The notes under the pieces are model-generated. The model made no database searches. It was not told where the DNA came from and saw nothing but the letters and a program-made list of their open reading frames with translations. Shown here piece by piece: positions 51,558 through 60,510 of a stretch of 64,000 bases of DNA. The stretch is from assembly GCA_036229005.1 (NCBI GenBank), contig JAZAMN010000052.1, positions 32,001 through 96,000 on the forward strand, in the 5' to 3' direction. This stretch comes from Myxococcota bacterium. Its GTDB lineage: Bacteria; Myxococcota_A; UBA796; CAJQPC01. Made by a program: the position numbers and the translations under genes. Positions within the stretch are counted from its first letter, which is position 1. Each line of letters starts with the position of its first letter.

Positions 51558-52685
51558 GTGAACACGACGCACCGCGACAGGATCAAGGCCCTCCGGGCGC
51601 TGAGTTCGGTGTGGTACCGGGACCGTTCGGGGGTGCTTCGCAGCGACAAGGTCCCGGGCAAGGCCGTGGTGGTGCAGGGACGGGTGCGCAAGCAGGAGGG
51701 GCTGGACTTCCTGGACCGGGCGCTGCGCGCGGGCGACCTGAGCTTCAACGACGCCGAGATCTACGGAGATCCCGGCCACCTGTCGCTGGACAGCCTGCTG
51801 TGGACGCAGGGCCAGGCCCTGACCAACGTGGAGGCCATCCACGAGGCGACCCACGCCATCCTGGTCGTGCAGGCCAACCAGAGCTTCTTCGAGTACCTGC
51901 CGCTGTCCAAGCACACCGTCCGGCTGCTGCGGGGCGACCACAAGCCCTGGGAGTCCCTGGACTTCATCCTCAAGCGGGCGGAGCTGGACCTCAAGCGCAT
52001 CGACCGGGAGCTGGGGACCCTGGTCGCCATGGGCATGGTCCGCCTGCGGGCCCCCGGTCGCAAGGCGCCCCCCCGCCTGCGCCAGGCTGTGGCCCGCTCC
52101 AAGGGCTCCGAGCAGGCAAACAGCGCCCAGCGCCAGCAGGTGCAGCGCATGCTCACGGAGCGCCGCCTGGCCCAGGAGTGGGAGCGCATGCAGGCCATGG
52201 ACGACTACACCCTGCTGGGCACGTCCAAGGAGGCCTCCCCCGAGTCCCAGAAGCAGGCGGCGCTGCGCATGCGCAAGCGCTACGCCGGGCTGGCCCGAAA
52301 GCCCAGCCTGACCCCCGCCACCCGGGAGCTCGCCGAGCAGATCCAGCGGCGGATCGAGGCGGCAATCAAGCGCATGCGCAGCGGCTCAGCGCGCACCGCC
52401 ACGCACCTGCTCCTGGAGTCCCCCGAGAAGGCGATGGCCAAGGGCAAGGAGCTGGCGGCCAAGCGCGAGTGGGTGGCCGCGGTGACCTGCTTCGCGTCGG
52501 CGTCCAACGTCCTGCAGGACGACCCGGACGTCCAGGCCTGGCTGGGCTTCGCCCACTTCCACGACCCCCGGCACGACCGCCAGGAGCGTCAGGAGAAGGG
52601 CCGGGAGATGGTGGTGCTGGCGGCGACCTTTGGCTCGAAGGACGCCCTGGGCCTGCTCAAGCGCCTGCCGGAGGCAGCTCGCTGA
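51558..52685 (+). CDS. Protein with J-domain-like segment (no HPD) and C-terminal TPR
   Basis: DDYTLLGTSKEAS...KQA...RKRY; WVAAVTCFASA...DPDVQAWLGFA. Confidence 0.6.
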   Translation: MNTTHRDRIKALRALSSVWYRDRSGVLRSDKVPGKAVVVQGRVRKQEGLDFLDRALRAGDLSFNDAEIYGDPGHLSLDSLLWTQGQALTNVEAIHEATHAILVVQANQSFFEYLPLSKHTVRLLRGDHKPWESLDFILKRAELDLKRIDRELGTLVAMGMVRLRAPGRKAPPRLRQAVARSKGSEQANSAQRQQVQRMLTERRLAQEWERMQAMDDYTLLGTSKEASPESQKQAALRMRKRYAGLARKPSLTPATRELAEQIQRRIEAAIKRMRSGSARTATHLLLESPEKAMAKGKELAAKREWVAAVTCFASASNVLQDDPDVQAWLGFAHFHDPRHDRQERQEKGREMVVLAATFGSKDALGLLKRLPEAAR

Positions 52686-53079
52686 GCTCGAACCAGAAGT
52701 GCAGCAGCGACTGCGCGGTCTGGACCAGCTCGTCAAAGAGCACGGGCTTGATGATGAAGCTGTTCACCCCGAGCTGGTAGGCGCGGGAGATGTCCTCCTC
52801 GCTCCAGCTCGTGGTCAGGACGACCACCGGGATGGCGCGCAGGGCCGGGTCGGCGCCCATCTGGGCGAGCACCTCGAAGCCGCGCATGCGCGGCATGTGC
52901 AGGTCCAGCAGGATCAGGTCGGGCCGGGGGCCCTCCCCGCGGATGTGTGCCAGGGCCTCGTCGCCGTCATCGGCGCGGGAGATCTCCCCGGTGAAGCCTG
53001 CCTCCTTGAGGGCCTCCAGGAGCAGCTCCTGGTCGTCCAGGTCATCGTCGACGATCAACAAGTGGCGGGTCTGCGACAC
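52657..53079 (-). CDS. Single-domain response regulator (Rcp-like)
   Basis: LIVDDD, PDLILLDLHMP, VLTTS, AYQLGVNSFIIKP. Confidence 0.93.
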   Translation of the reverse strand: MSQTRHLLIVDDDLDDQELLLEALKEAGFTGEISRADDGDEALAHIRGEGPRPDLILLDLHMPRMRGFEVLAQMGADPALRAIPVVVLTTSWSEEDISRAYQLGVNSFIIKPVLFDELVQTAQSLLHFWFELSELPPAGA

Positions 53080-53083
53080 GGCC

Positions 53084-53929
53084 TCAACTCCGAGCGGGGG
53101 GACGGTAAGGGTACACCAGGTTCCGGGAGCCCTGAGCCCGCAGCGCCTGGGTGAAAGTGGGGTGTTCGACCTTGGGGACGGCCCACTTGCGCAGGCGCAC
53201 GAGGCCCTGCCCGCGGTGGGCGGCCGGCACGCGGAGGGGACCGGCCAGGGGGTCGTCCACGCGCAGCCCGACCAGCTCGGGGGAGACCCGGGTGTGGACG
53301 GCGCTGACCCGGACGCCGTGGGGGCCGTGCTGGATGGGGCCCAGCGCGCCCCGCACCAGCTCCTGAACCTGCAGACCCTCGCCGGCCTCGAGGGCCAGCA
53401 CGGCCGCCGCCGCGTCCTGGGTGGTCAGCACCCGCAGCATGTGCTCGAACTCGGGGTTCAGCCGCGCCTGGAGGGTGCGGGCGGAGAAGGGGGCGCCGCG
53501 GCGCAGGGCGCTGAGGCGGAAGGTCCAGCGCACCAGCGCGGGCAGCCCCAGCTCGAAGCGATCCAGGGTCACCTGGACCGTGCTGCTCTCGTGGTCCTCG
53601 CGCACGGCCTGGACGCTGAGCTGCTGGGGCGGGAGCACCTGCGCGGCGCCGACGTGCTCGAACCACGCGAGGCGGGCGGCGCTGACCGGGTCCTCTGCGG
53701 CCAGCGGGCGCAGGCGGGGGATCCAGTCGGCGGCCAGCGCCTGATCGCTGCGCACCGCGAGCCAGCAGGCGGGAGCGGGCCAGCCGGTCTCGGGGTCCCA
53801 CTGGACGCCGCCGGGGAGGCGGGCGATCGCCTCCAGGTGGGCCGCCACCTGCCGCCAGGGCGGGAAGTGCTGGTTCAGGCGGAGGGCCCGCAGGCCGGCC
53901 ACCAGGGCGTCGATTCGGGGCTCAGACAT
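53084..53929 (-). CDS. Hypothetical protein
   Basis: Overlaps the upstream gene by 8 nt; LNQHFP and TLDR motifs; no family recognised. Confidence 0.65.
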   Translation of the reverse strand: MSEPRIDALVAGLRALRLNQHFPPWRQVAAHLEAIARLPGGVQWDPETGWPAPACWLAVRSDQALAADWIPRLRPLAAEDPVSAARLAWFEHVGAAQVLPPQQLSVQAVREDHESSTVQVTLDRFELGLPALVRWTFRLSALRRGAPFSARTLQARLNPEFEHMLRVLTTQDAAAAVLALEAGEGLQVQELVRGALGPIQHGPHGVRVSAVHTRVSPELVGLRVDDPLAGPLRVPAAHRGQGLVRLRKWAVPKVEHPTFTQALRAQGSRNLVYPYRPPARS

Positions 53930-54875
53930 CGCGCAGCGCCGCCTCCACCTCGGCCTCCGCCAGCCGGCGGGCCTGGGTCTCGGCGTCGAAGCGCGCCATG
54001 CGGGCCCCCAGGGTGTCCAGCTCCCGCGCCAGCGGGGCCAGCTCGGAGTCCATCAGGCCCGCGGTGTTGCCCAGCAGGGTCTCCAGCTCAGCCATGGCGG
54101 CCACCGCCGCGCGGTCCAGGTCCCGGCGCCCAGCCAGCCCGCGCAGCGCGCTGACGTGCCGCACCAGGGGCTCCAGAGCGGCGGTGCCTCGGCTGTGGCT
54201 GCGCTCCAGGGTCTCCAGCTGATCCCGCAGCAGCTCGGCCAGCTCCCGCTGCAGGCCCTGAATTCCCAGCAGGGCGGGCTGGGCGGCGGCGTAGCGGCGC
54301 TTGTCCCGCCGCAGCGCGCCCAGGCGGGCCTGGAGGGCGTCCAGCTCGGCCCGCAGGCGCCGCCGCTCGGCGCCCTCCGCCCGCTTGAGCTGCGCGGACA
54401 GCCGGATCTCGGCCAACTCCAGGGTGCTCACGGCGGCCGCGGCGCGCTCCAGATCGCCCTCCAGGGCCAGGAGCTGGCCCCCGAGCTCGGCCAGCGCCTG
54501 CTCCAGGGTGCACAGCTCCCGCTCCAGCGCCCAGGCATGGTGGCCCAGATCGCGCAGGCAGCCCTGGGCGCGATCGTGGTGCTGCCAGAGGGTGTCGACC
54601 AGGGGGGAGTCGGGGGGCTCCTCTTCGATGAACAGGCCCCGCACCCGCGAGAAGAAGTCGGGCTCGGGCGCGGCCTGGACGCGGGCGGCGTGCTCCAGGG
54701 TCTGCCGCAGCTCGGCGCTCAGGGCGAGCTGGGCCTGCTCGGCGGCCTCGACCGCGCCCAGGCGGCGCTTGTGCCGCACCATGTGGGACTCGACCAGCTC
54801 CTGGAGCGCGGCGGGGGGGAGCGCCGCGGCCTGGGGCGGGGGAAGGTCGTCCAAGCTGGCTTGCCAGGGGGCCAC
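53922..54875 (-). CDS. Coiled-coil protein (possibly TelA-like)
   Basis: Long L/A/E/R heptads; FFSRVRGLF. The family guess is weak. Confidence 0.6.
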   Translation of the reverse strand: MAPWQASLDDLPPPQAAALPPAALQELVESHMVRHKRRLGAVEAAEQAQLALSAELRQTLEHAARVQAAPEPDFFSRVRGLFIEEEPPDSPLVDTLWQHHDRAQGCLRDLGHHAWALERELCTLEQALAELGGQLLALEGDLERAAAAVSTLELAEIRLSAQLKRAEGAERRRLRAELDALQARLGALRRDKRRYAAAQPALLGIQGLQRELAELLRDQLETLERSHSRGTAALEPLVRHVSALRGLAGRRDLDRAAVAAMAELETLLGNTAGLMDSELAPLARELDTLGARMARFDAETQARRLAEAEVEAALRDV

Positions 54876-54920
54876 AGGGGGCTATTTCACCCGCCAGCGC
54901 CCAAGCCACAAGGAGCCGGG

Positions 54921-55124
54921 ATGGATCTGCAGCAGCGCATCGAAGACCTGGAGGCCCGCTACGCCTTCCAGGAAGAGCACATCCGCCAGTTGGACGAGGT
55001 GCTGCAGGACTACGGCCGCCGCATCGACCGCCTGATGCGGGACAACCAGGAGCTGCGCGAGCAGGTCAAGAACATGCCCGGCGACAAGAACAAGCTCCAG
55101 GACGAGGTCCCGCCCCATTACTGA
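54921..55124 (+). CDS. slyX: SlyX-family protein
   Basis: RIEDLEARYAFQE...C-terminal EVPPHY signature; ATG at 54921 after AGGAG. Confidence 0.9.
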   Translation: MDLQQRIEDLEARYAFQEEHIRQLDEVLQDYGRRIDRLMRDNQELREQVKNMPGDKNKLQDEVPPHY

Positions 55125-55149
55125 GGCGGCCCTGCTGTAGACTGCGCCC

Positions 55150-56097
55150 GTGTCCACCCCCGTCCTGATCACCGGCGCCGCCGGCTTCATCGGCTTCCAC
55201 CTGGCGCGCCGCCTGCTGGCTCTGGGGCGCCCGGTCGTGGGGATCGACAACCTGGACCCCTACTACGACGTGGCCCTCAAGCGGGCGCGGCTGGCGGAGC
55301 TGGCCGGCAGCCCGGGCTGGCGCTTCGTGCAGGGGGACATCCAGTCGCACCTCGCCGATGCCATGGAGTCCCCTCCCAATGCGATCGTGCACCTGGCGGC
55401 CCAAGCGGGGATCCGACACAGCCTGCAGGCCCCAGAGTCCTTCATCCAAGACAACCTGCAGGGCTTCTTCTCGGTGCTGGAGGCGGCGCGCCAGGCAGGC
55501 ATCGAGCACCTGGTGTACGCGAGCAGCAGCTCGGTCTACGGGGCCGATCCCCTGCCCTTCTCCGAAGACGCCCGCGCCGACCACCCCCTGAACCTGTACG
55601 CGGCCACCAAGCGCAGCAACGAGCTGATGGCCCACGCCTACAGCCACCTGCACGGCTTCGGCGCGACGGGGCTGCGCCTGTTCACGGTCTACGGGCCCTG
55701 GGGCCGGCCGGACATGGCGCTGTTCAAGTTCACCCGGCGCATCCTGGCGGGCGAGCCGCTCCCGGTGTTCGGGCAGGGCCAGATGGAGCGGGACTTCTCC
55801 TACGTGGACGACGTGGTCGACGCGATCCTGGCGGTCCTGGACGCGCCCCAGGGGGCCCGGGTGCTCAACGTGGGCTGCGGGCGGCCGGTGGGCCTGCTGG
55901 ACATGATCCGCAGCCTGGAGTCCGCGCTGGGGGTGCCCGCCAGGCTGGAGCTGCTGCCGATGCAGCCCGGAGACGCGCCCCGTACCCACGCCGACACGCG
56001 CCTGCTGGCGGAGACCACGGGGCTGGAGGCCCAGGTCGACATCGACGAGGGCATACGGCGTTTCGTGGCCTGGTACCGCGGCTACTACGGGGTCTGA
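55150..56097 (+). CDS. NAD-dependent epimerase (UDP-glucuronate 4-epimerase-like)
   Basis: TGAAGFIG, HLAAQAG, ASSSSVYG, YAATK, VYGPWGRPDMA, PMQPGD. Confidence 0.93.
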   Translation: MSTPVLITGAAGFIGFHLARRLLALGRPVVGIDNLDPYYDVALKRARLAELAGSPGWRFVQGDIQSHLADAMESPPNAIVHLAAQAGIRHSLQAPESFIQDNLQGFFSVLEAARQAGIEHLVYASSSSVYGADPLPFSEDARADHPLNLYAATKRSNELMAHAYSHLHGFGATGLRLFTVYGPWGRPDMALFKFTRRILAGEPLPVFGQGQMERDFSYVDDVVDAILAVLDAPQGARVLNVGCGRPVGLLDMIRSLESALGVPARLELLPMQPGDAPRTHADTRLLAETTGLEAQVDIDEGIRRFVAWYRGYYGV

Positions 56098-56116
56098 GCC
56101 CGGCGCCGCGGGGGCC

Positions 56117-56506
56117 TCAGAGCTGGGCTTCGCTCAGGCGCAGAGCGACGCCGCGCAGGTAGCCGTCGTCCAGGCGCAGGTTGTTGAGGATCGCCTCGTA
56201 CTCGCCCACGTCCAGCCAGACGCCCGCGCTGGACACGTCGATGAACACGTCGCGGTACTCGATGACCTTCATCTCCTCGCCGGTGACGGGGCAGTGCAGC
56301 ACGCGGTTGCGGTCCACGCCGGGGCGCACGGGCTTGCGGAACCAGTCCTGCCAGGTCTTGCCGTCGCTCTCGCGGCGCTCGGCCTCGGTCAGCAGGTAGA
56401 GCTCCTTGCGGTCCAGCCACATGCCGTGAGGGCTCACCTCGACCTGCACGCCGTGCAGCTTCACGCTCTCCATGGGCTGTCCGCTGATGGGGCAGTTTCG
56501 ACTCAT
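56117..56506 (-). CDS. Tandem zf-TFIIB-like protein lacking most Cys ligands
   Basis: Two repeats CP.(S/T)G..M....G.WLD..E(L/Y). Confidence 0.75.
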   Translation of the reverse strand: MSRNCPISGQPMESVKLHGVQVEVSPHGMWLDRKELYLLTEAERRESDGKTWQDWFRKPVRPGVDRNRVLHCPVTGEEMKVIEYRDVFIDVSSAGVWLDVGEYEAILNNLRLDDGYLRGVALRLSEAQL

Positions 56507-56607
56507 CGGGTCCGTCTCCTGTGGCCGGTCTGGGGAAGGGTGTCCTCGCCGGCGGGCGGGGGGTGCATAGCATCGGGGGCCGGGATGTTCCCGGGGTGGG
56601 CCCCGAA

Positions 56608-57852
56608 TCAGAGGCTGTCCAGCAACTTCTCCACCCGCCGGGTCAGCGCGCGCATGGCCGGGGGCTCGAAGCTAGGCAGGTTGTCGGCGTGGAAGCCCCC
56701 CTCGGGGGTCTCCAGAGCGCCCAGGGCCATTCCGACGGCGGCGTCCACGGCGATGTCCCCGCGGTACCACTCCTCGAAGCGCTCGGCGCCGGGACCGCTG
56801 CAGCGCACCTGGCCCTCGACCTCGGTGAACTGGAGCGCACCGAAGAAGTTGGGCGCGCGGGTCCCCAGCACCTGGGCCAGGGCCTCGCGGCCGGGGATGC
56901 GCAGGGGCCAGGGGCCTTGGGGGTGACGCAAGATGGCCAGCCTCAGGGCGGTCTCGAGCTCTTCACTCAGGGGCGGGAGCGCGTCGGGGGCGTAGGTCTC
57001 GGGGACCAGCGTGCGCGTGGGGGCGAGCTCGGGGGCGGCGGGGGGCTCGTGGCTGTGCTCCTGCTCGGGCGGCGCGGGCTCCACGGGGTCGTCGTCGAGG
57101 GGACCTCGGCGCAGGGACAGCGCGTCCTCCACCTCCTGGCTGGCGGTGGCGTGCGAGGGTGCGTCGACGGGGGTGTCCGCAGCCGAGGACAGGGCGGCCT
57201 CGACCTCGGCCATGGCGTCCTGGGTGCTGGGGCCGGTGACCACCGGGGCGGGCGCGGGGGGCTGGACCTGGTGCTCGGGGACCTGGATGACGGAGCCCGC
57301 GGCGACCAGGCTGGGGTGCAGCTCGTCCAGGGACTCGACCATCAGGACGACCACGTTGTTGGACTCGCGGAAGGCGGGGTGCTGGTTCCACTGGGCCAGC
57401 GGGGGGGCGCCCAGGACGGGGTCGATGCCGCGCTTCTTGCGGGCGTGGTGCAGGCGCTGGGCCTGGTCGAGCAGGAAGGCGTGGTCCATGCCGGCGGTGT
57501 CCATGCTCAGCCACATCAGGCCCAGCAGCTCCGGGGCCTTGCGGGAGTCGGGGCGCTGCGCGACGCCGTCCAGGATCAGGCGGGCGTTGACGTGGCGCGT
57601 GAAGCGGCCGCGGTCCTCGATTCCGGGGAAGTCCAGGCGGGGGGTGGCCTCCCAGTCGGCCTTCTCCCAGCGCAGGATGCCGACCACGTCGCGGCTGCGC
57701 TCCAGGAAGAGGCGCAGCAGCTCGGGGCAGTCCACGGGGTCCCCGGCGTAGTCCCAGCGACCCGTGCGCACCGCGCCGTGCAGCACGAACACGCTGGACT
57801 CACCGGCCAGGTAGCGCTCCTTGAGGGTCTCGATCCACTGGGGCCAGTTCAT
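56608..57852 (-). CDS. Hypothetical protein; N-terminus resembles the inactive N-domain of some AAA+ ATPases
   Basis: WPQWIETLKERYLAGESSVFVLHG...ELHPSL; Pro/Ala/Glu linker; no Walker A. Confidence 0.6.
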   Translation of the reverse strand: MNWPQWIETLKERYLAGESSVFVLHGAVRTGRWDYAGDPVDCPELLRLFLERSRDVVGILRWEKADWEATPRLDFPGIEDRGRFTRHVNARLILDGVAQRPDSRKAPELLGLMWLSMDTAGMDHAFLLDQAQRLHHARKKRGIDPVLGAPPLAQWNQHPAFRESNNVVVLMVESLDELHPSLVAAGSVIQVPEHQVQPPAPAPVVTGPSTQDAMAEVEAALSSAADTPVDAPSHATASQEVEDALSLRRGPLDDDPVEPAPPEQEHSHEPPAAPELAPTRTLVPETYAPDALPPLSEELETALRLAILRHPQGPWPLRIPGREALAQVLGTRAPNFFGALQFTEVEGQVRCSGPGAERFEEWYRGDIAVDAAVGMALGALETPEGGFHADNLPSFEPPAMRALTRRVEKLLDSL

Positions 57853-58454
57853 GGGGTCTCCGGCATGGGGGTTGCGTAGGCGCCGCGCAGAGGCGTGCCC
57901 TCCGCACCATCAGGACGCAGGGGGGTGAGGCTGTATTTACAGTCGCGACGACCCTGGGGGTGGGGCGACTGGATCTTCCACAGGGGAGAGAGGTGGTAGC
58001 CGCGCTTGGGGCCGGTGTGGACGACCTTGTAGGTCTTGCTGTGATCCACGGTGCTGGTGTTGCCCTTGGGGGTGGTCACGTCGCACACGAGATCGAAGCG
58101 CACCTGCCAGCCCTCGCCCAGGGCGGGCACGTCGAGCTCGGCGCTGAGGATGTGGGGGCCCAGGGGCAGCTCGCCGGCGTCCGCGCCGACGAAGGCCTCG
58201 CAGTCATCCTTGCCGGCGCACACGCCGAAGCCCTGCTCCCCGCGGGCGACGACACCAGCGCGCAGGGCCTCGAGCTCCGGGGCCAGCAGCTCGGCCTCCC
58301 AGGGCGCCAATGTCGCGCCGCCGGAGACGGCACCCGAGGCGCCCGCAGAGGAGCCAGCAGCGGAGCCCTGCGCGGCGGGCTCACAGGCGGGACAGGGCGC
58401 ACAGGCGGGGTCCGAAGCGCACCCCAGGGACAGCAGCAACATCAACACGGACAC
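57849..58454 (-). CDS. Hypothetical lipoprotein
   Basis: MSVLMLLLSLGC after GGAGG; CAPCPAC; ATGA overlap with the next gene. Confidence 0.75.
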   Translation of the reverse strand: MSVLMLLLSLGCASDPACAPCPACEPAAQGSAAGSSAGASGAVSGGATLAPWEAELLAPELEALRAGVVARGEQGFGVCAGKDDCEAFVGADAGELPLGPHILSAELDVPALGEGWQVRFDLVCDVTTPKGNTSTVDHSKTYKVVHTGPKRGYHLSPLWKIQSPHPQGRRDCKYSLTPLRPDGAEGTPLRGAYATPMPETP

Positions 58455-58571
58455 CTCCTCCCAGGTCCTAACCCCGACAAGGATGTCAGAGGCGCGTTCG
58501 CAGGGTGAGGACAGAGGCCACCTTTCAAGCCGCGCCGGGGCGGGCTACCTTGGGCCTGTTGGAGGTGCGCG

Positions 58572-59159
58572 TTGTCCCTGCTGCTGATGATGGTCCTGAG
58601 CGCTGGCCCTGCCCTGGCCCAGGAGGCCCCCGCCGAGTCCCCCACCCCGGAGACCACCGAGGCCCCCGCTGAGGCCCCCGCCGAGGGCGCGGACACCGAC
58701 GCCGGCGCGGAGAACCAGGACGGCGCGGAGGCCGGCTGGGACGCCAACCAGGAGACCCCGGAAGAGGCCCAGCAGGCGACCGAGCCCGCCGTCGAGGCGA
58801 CCGCGGAGCCTGCGGAGCCCGAGCCGCTGTACCGCTCCTACCAGGAGGGCTTCATCGACGGACAACTGGACGCCCAGGCCGCCGCGGGCAAGTACGGACT
58901 GCACGGCCTGGCGGGGCTGGCGGGCGGCTGCCTGATGGGCCCCTGCGGCTGCGTGGTCCCCGCCGCCGACGTGCTGATCAACCCGGCCGTCCCCGGCGGC
59001 GTGTGGCGGGCGCAGAGCGCCGAATACCAGCAGGGCTACATCGAGGGCTACCAGCGCTCCATCCAGCGCAAGCGCGTGGTCTACAGCGCCGCGGGCGTGG
59101 TCGTGGGTGCGTCCGTGGGCATCGGCGCCGGGCTCGCGCTGGGCGCCATCTTCGGCTGA
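58572..59159 (+). CDS. Exported/membrane protein with acidic low-complexity N-region
   Basis: Signal ending ALA; E/A/P-rich stretch; YQQGYIEGY; C-terminal TM. Confidence 0.7.
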   Translation: MSLLLMMVLSAGPALAQEAPAESPTPETTEAPAEAPAEGADTDAGAENQDGAEAGWDANQETPEEAQQATEPAVEATAEPAEPEPLYRSYQEGFIDGQLDAQAAAGKYGLHGLAGLAGGCLMGPCGCVVPAADVLINPAVPGGVWRAQSAEYQQGYIEGYQRSIQRKRVVYSAAGVVVGASVGIGAGLALGAIFG

Positions 59160-59743
59160 GACAGGCGCGCGCACAGCGCGTGGAAGCCCGCGGCATCCAG
59201 CTCCGCCCGCTCCAGGGCCGCCAGCGCCGCGGCGAGCTCCGGATGCAGGGGCTGGTCCTGGGCCAGCTCGCGGGCGATGGTGGCCATGCTGCGCAGGTCC
59301 TCGCCGATGGAGCCGATCGGTGCAAAGCCCACGACGCGGGCGACCAGGTGCTGACGGCGGGAGAGGAGCACCCGAGCGGGCGACAAGCCGCCTATGCCCA
59401 GCCCCAGGGCGTGGACCGCGGCGACGATTCCGGAGACCTGCGCCATGACCTGTGCGACGCCCGCTGAGCGCCAGGCGCCGGGGAGGCCGCTGACGGGGAG
59501 CCCGGGGACCTCCTCCAGCACCAGCTCGACGCGCCCGGGGTGGGCGGACCAGCCTCCCCCCAGCACCCGCACGAAGCCGGGGTGGAGCACGCCGGAGAAC
59601 AGCCGCAGGCGCTCCCGGAACCGGGCCCCCTCGGCGACCGGGCAGGGCTGCTCCAGCAGCAGGCGCAGGCCCTGCTCGCCCCGCCCCATGTACAGGCGCT
59701 CGCGGGGGCTCTGACAGAGGATGAGCTCGGGGGTGTGGTGCAC
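59081..59743 (-). CDS. Ser/Thr protein kinase-like pseudokinase
   Basis: LHPGFVRV, LVLEEVPG, AAVHALGL; catalytic loop reads IGGLSPAR, DFG position reads GFA; GTG at 59743 after GGAGG. Confidence 0.65.
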   Translation of the reverse strand: MHHTPELILCQSPRERLYMGRGEQGLRLLLEQPCPVAEGARFRERLRLFSGVLHPGFVRVLGGGWSAHPGRVELVLEEVPGLPVSGLPGAWRSAGVAQVMAQVSGIVAAVHALGLGIGGLSPARVLLSRRQHLVARVVGFAPIGSIGEDLRSMATIARELAQDQPLHPELAAALAALERAELDAAGFHALCARLSQPKMAPSASPAPMPTDAPTTTPAAL

Positions 59744-59805
59744 GCTGCCTCCAGACCGCCGATCGGGCAGAGCGAGGAGCCGCATGACCCTGGTAGCGTC
59801 TGCCC

Positions 59806-60510
59806 GTGAGCCCGCGCTTTGCCGTCACCGCGTTCAAGACCGTCTTTGACGTGGCGGTGGACTCGGTCTCCGTGGACCTGGACACCCTGTGCGGGGCGCT
59901 CACGCGCTTTGAGCACAAGCCCAAGCTGCGGCGGAAGGACAAGGACGAGGCCAAGAAGGCCCTGCGCCTGTGGTCGCCGGCCTGGTACTCCGGGGATCGC
60001 CGCGGCAGCGAGGGCGTGGCGCAGCTCTCCTGCCTGGTCCTGGACTTTGACGGCGGCCTGCAGCCCCAGCAGGCCAGCGAGCTCTTCGGCGAGCACCTGC
60101 ACGTGCTGCACTCGACCTGGAGCCACCGCCCCGAGCGACCCAAGTTCCGCATCTGCCTGCCCCTGGCGCACCCCGTCCCGGCGGCGGACTGGTCCCGGGT
60201 CTGGGAGTGGGGCCAGGAGCGGGTGGGCGGACGCGCAGATCCGGCGCCCAAGAGCCCCGGGAGCACCTTCGCGCTGCCCGCGGTGGTCGACGCGGAGCAC
60301 CCCAGGCTGGGCTGGCTCCAAGAGGGCCCCCTGCTGGATCCGGTGGCCCTGGGGCTGTGCTCCGCCGCGCCGCCGCCGCCCCTGCGGGTGCCCGAGCGGG
60401 AGCACCCATTCCACCGCGCGGGGCTGCCCGGCCGCCGCTACGAGATAGAGCACGCCCGGCGCCCCGCCCCCGACTGGGACGTGGACGCCGCCTTCGAGGA
60501 GCTGTTCTGA
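59806..60510 (+). CDS. Stand-alone primase-polymerase (AEP-superfamily) catalytic domain
   Basis: LWSPA, LVLDFDGG (DxD), HSTWSH, PKFRICLPL, ADPA; no helicase domain. Confidence 0.72.
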   Translation: MSPRFAVTAFKTVFDVAVDSVSVDLDTLCGALTRFEHKPKLRRKDKDEAKKALRLWSPAWYSGDRRGSEGVAQLSCLVLDFDGGLQPQQASELFGEHLHVLHSTWSHRPERPKFRICLPLAHPVPAADWSRVWEWGQERVGGRADPAPKSPGSTFALPAVVDAEHPRLGWLQEGPLLDPVALGLCSAAPPPPLRVPEREHPFHRAGLPGRRYEIEHARRPAPDWDVDAAFEELF

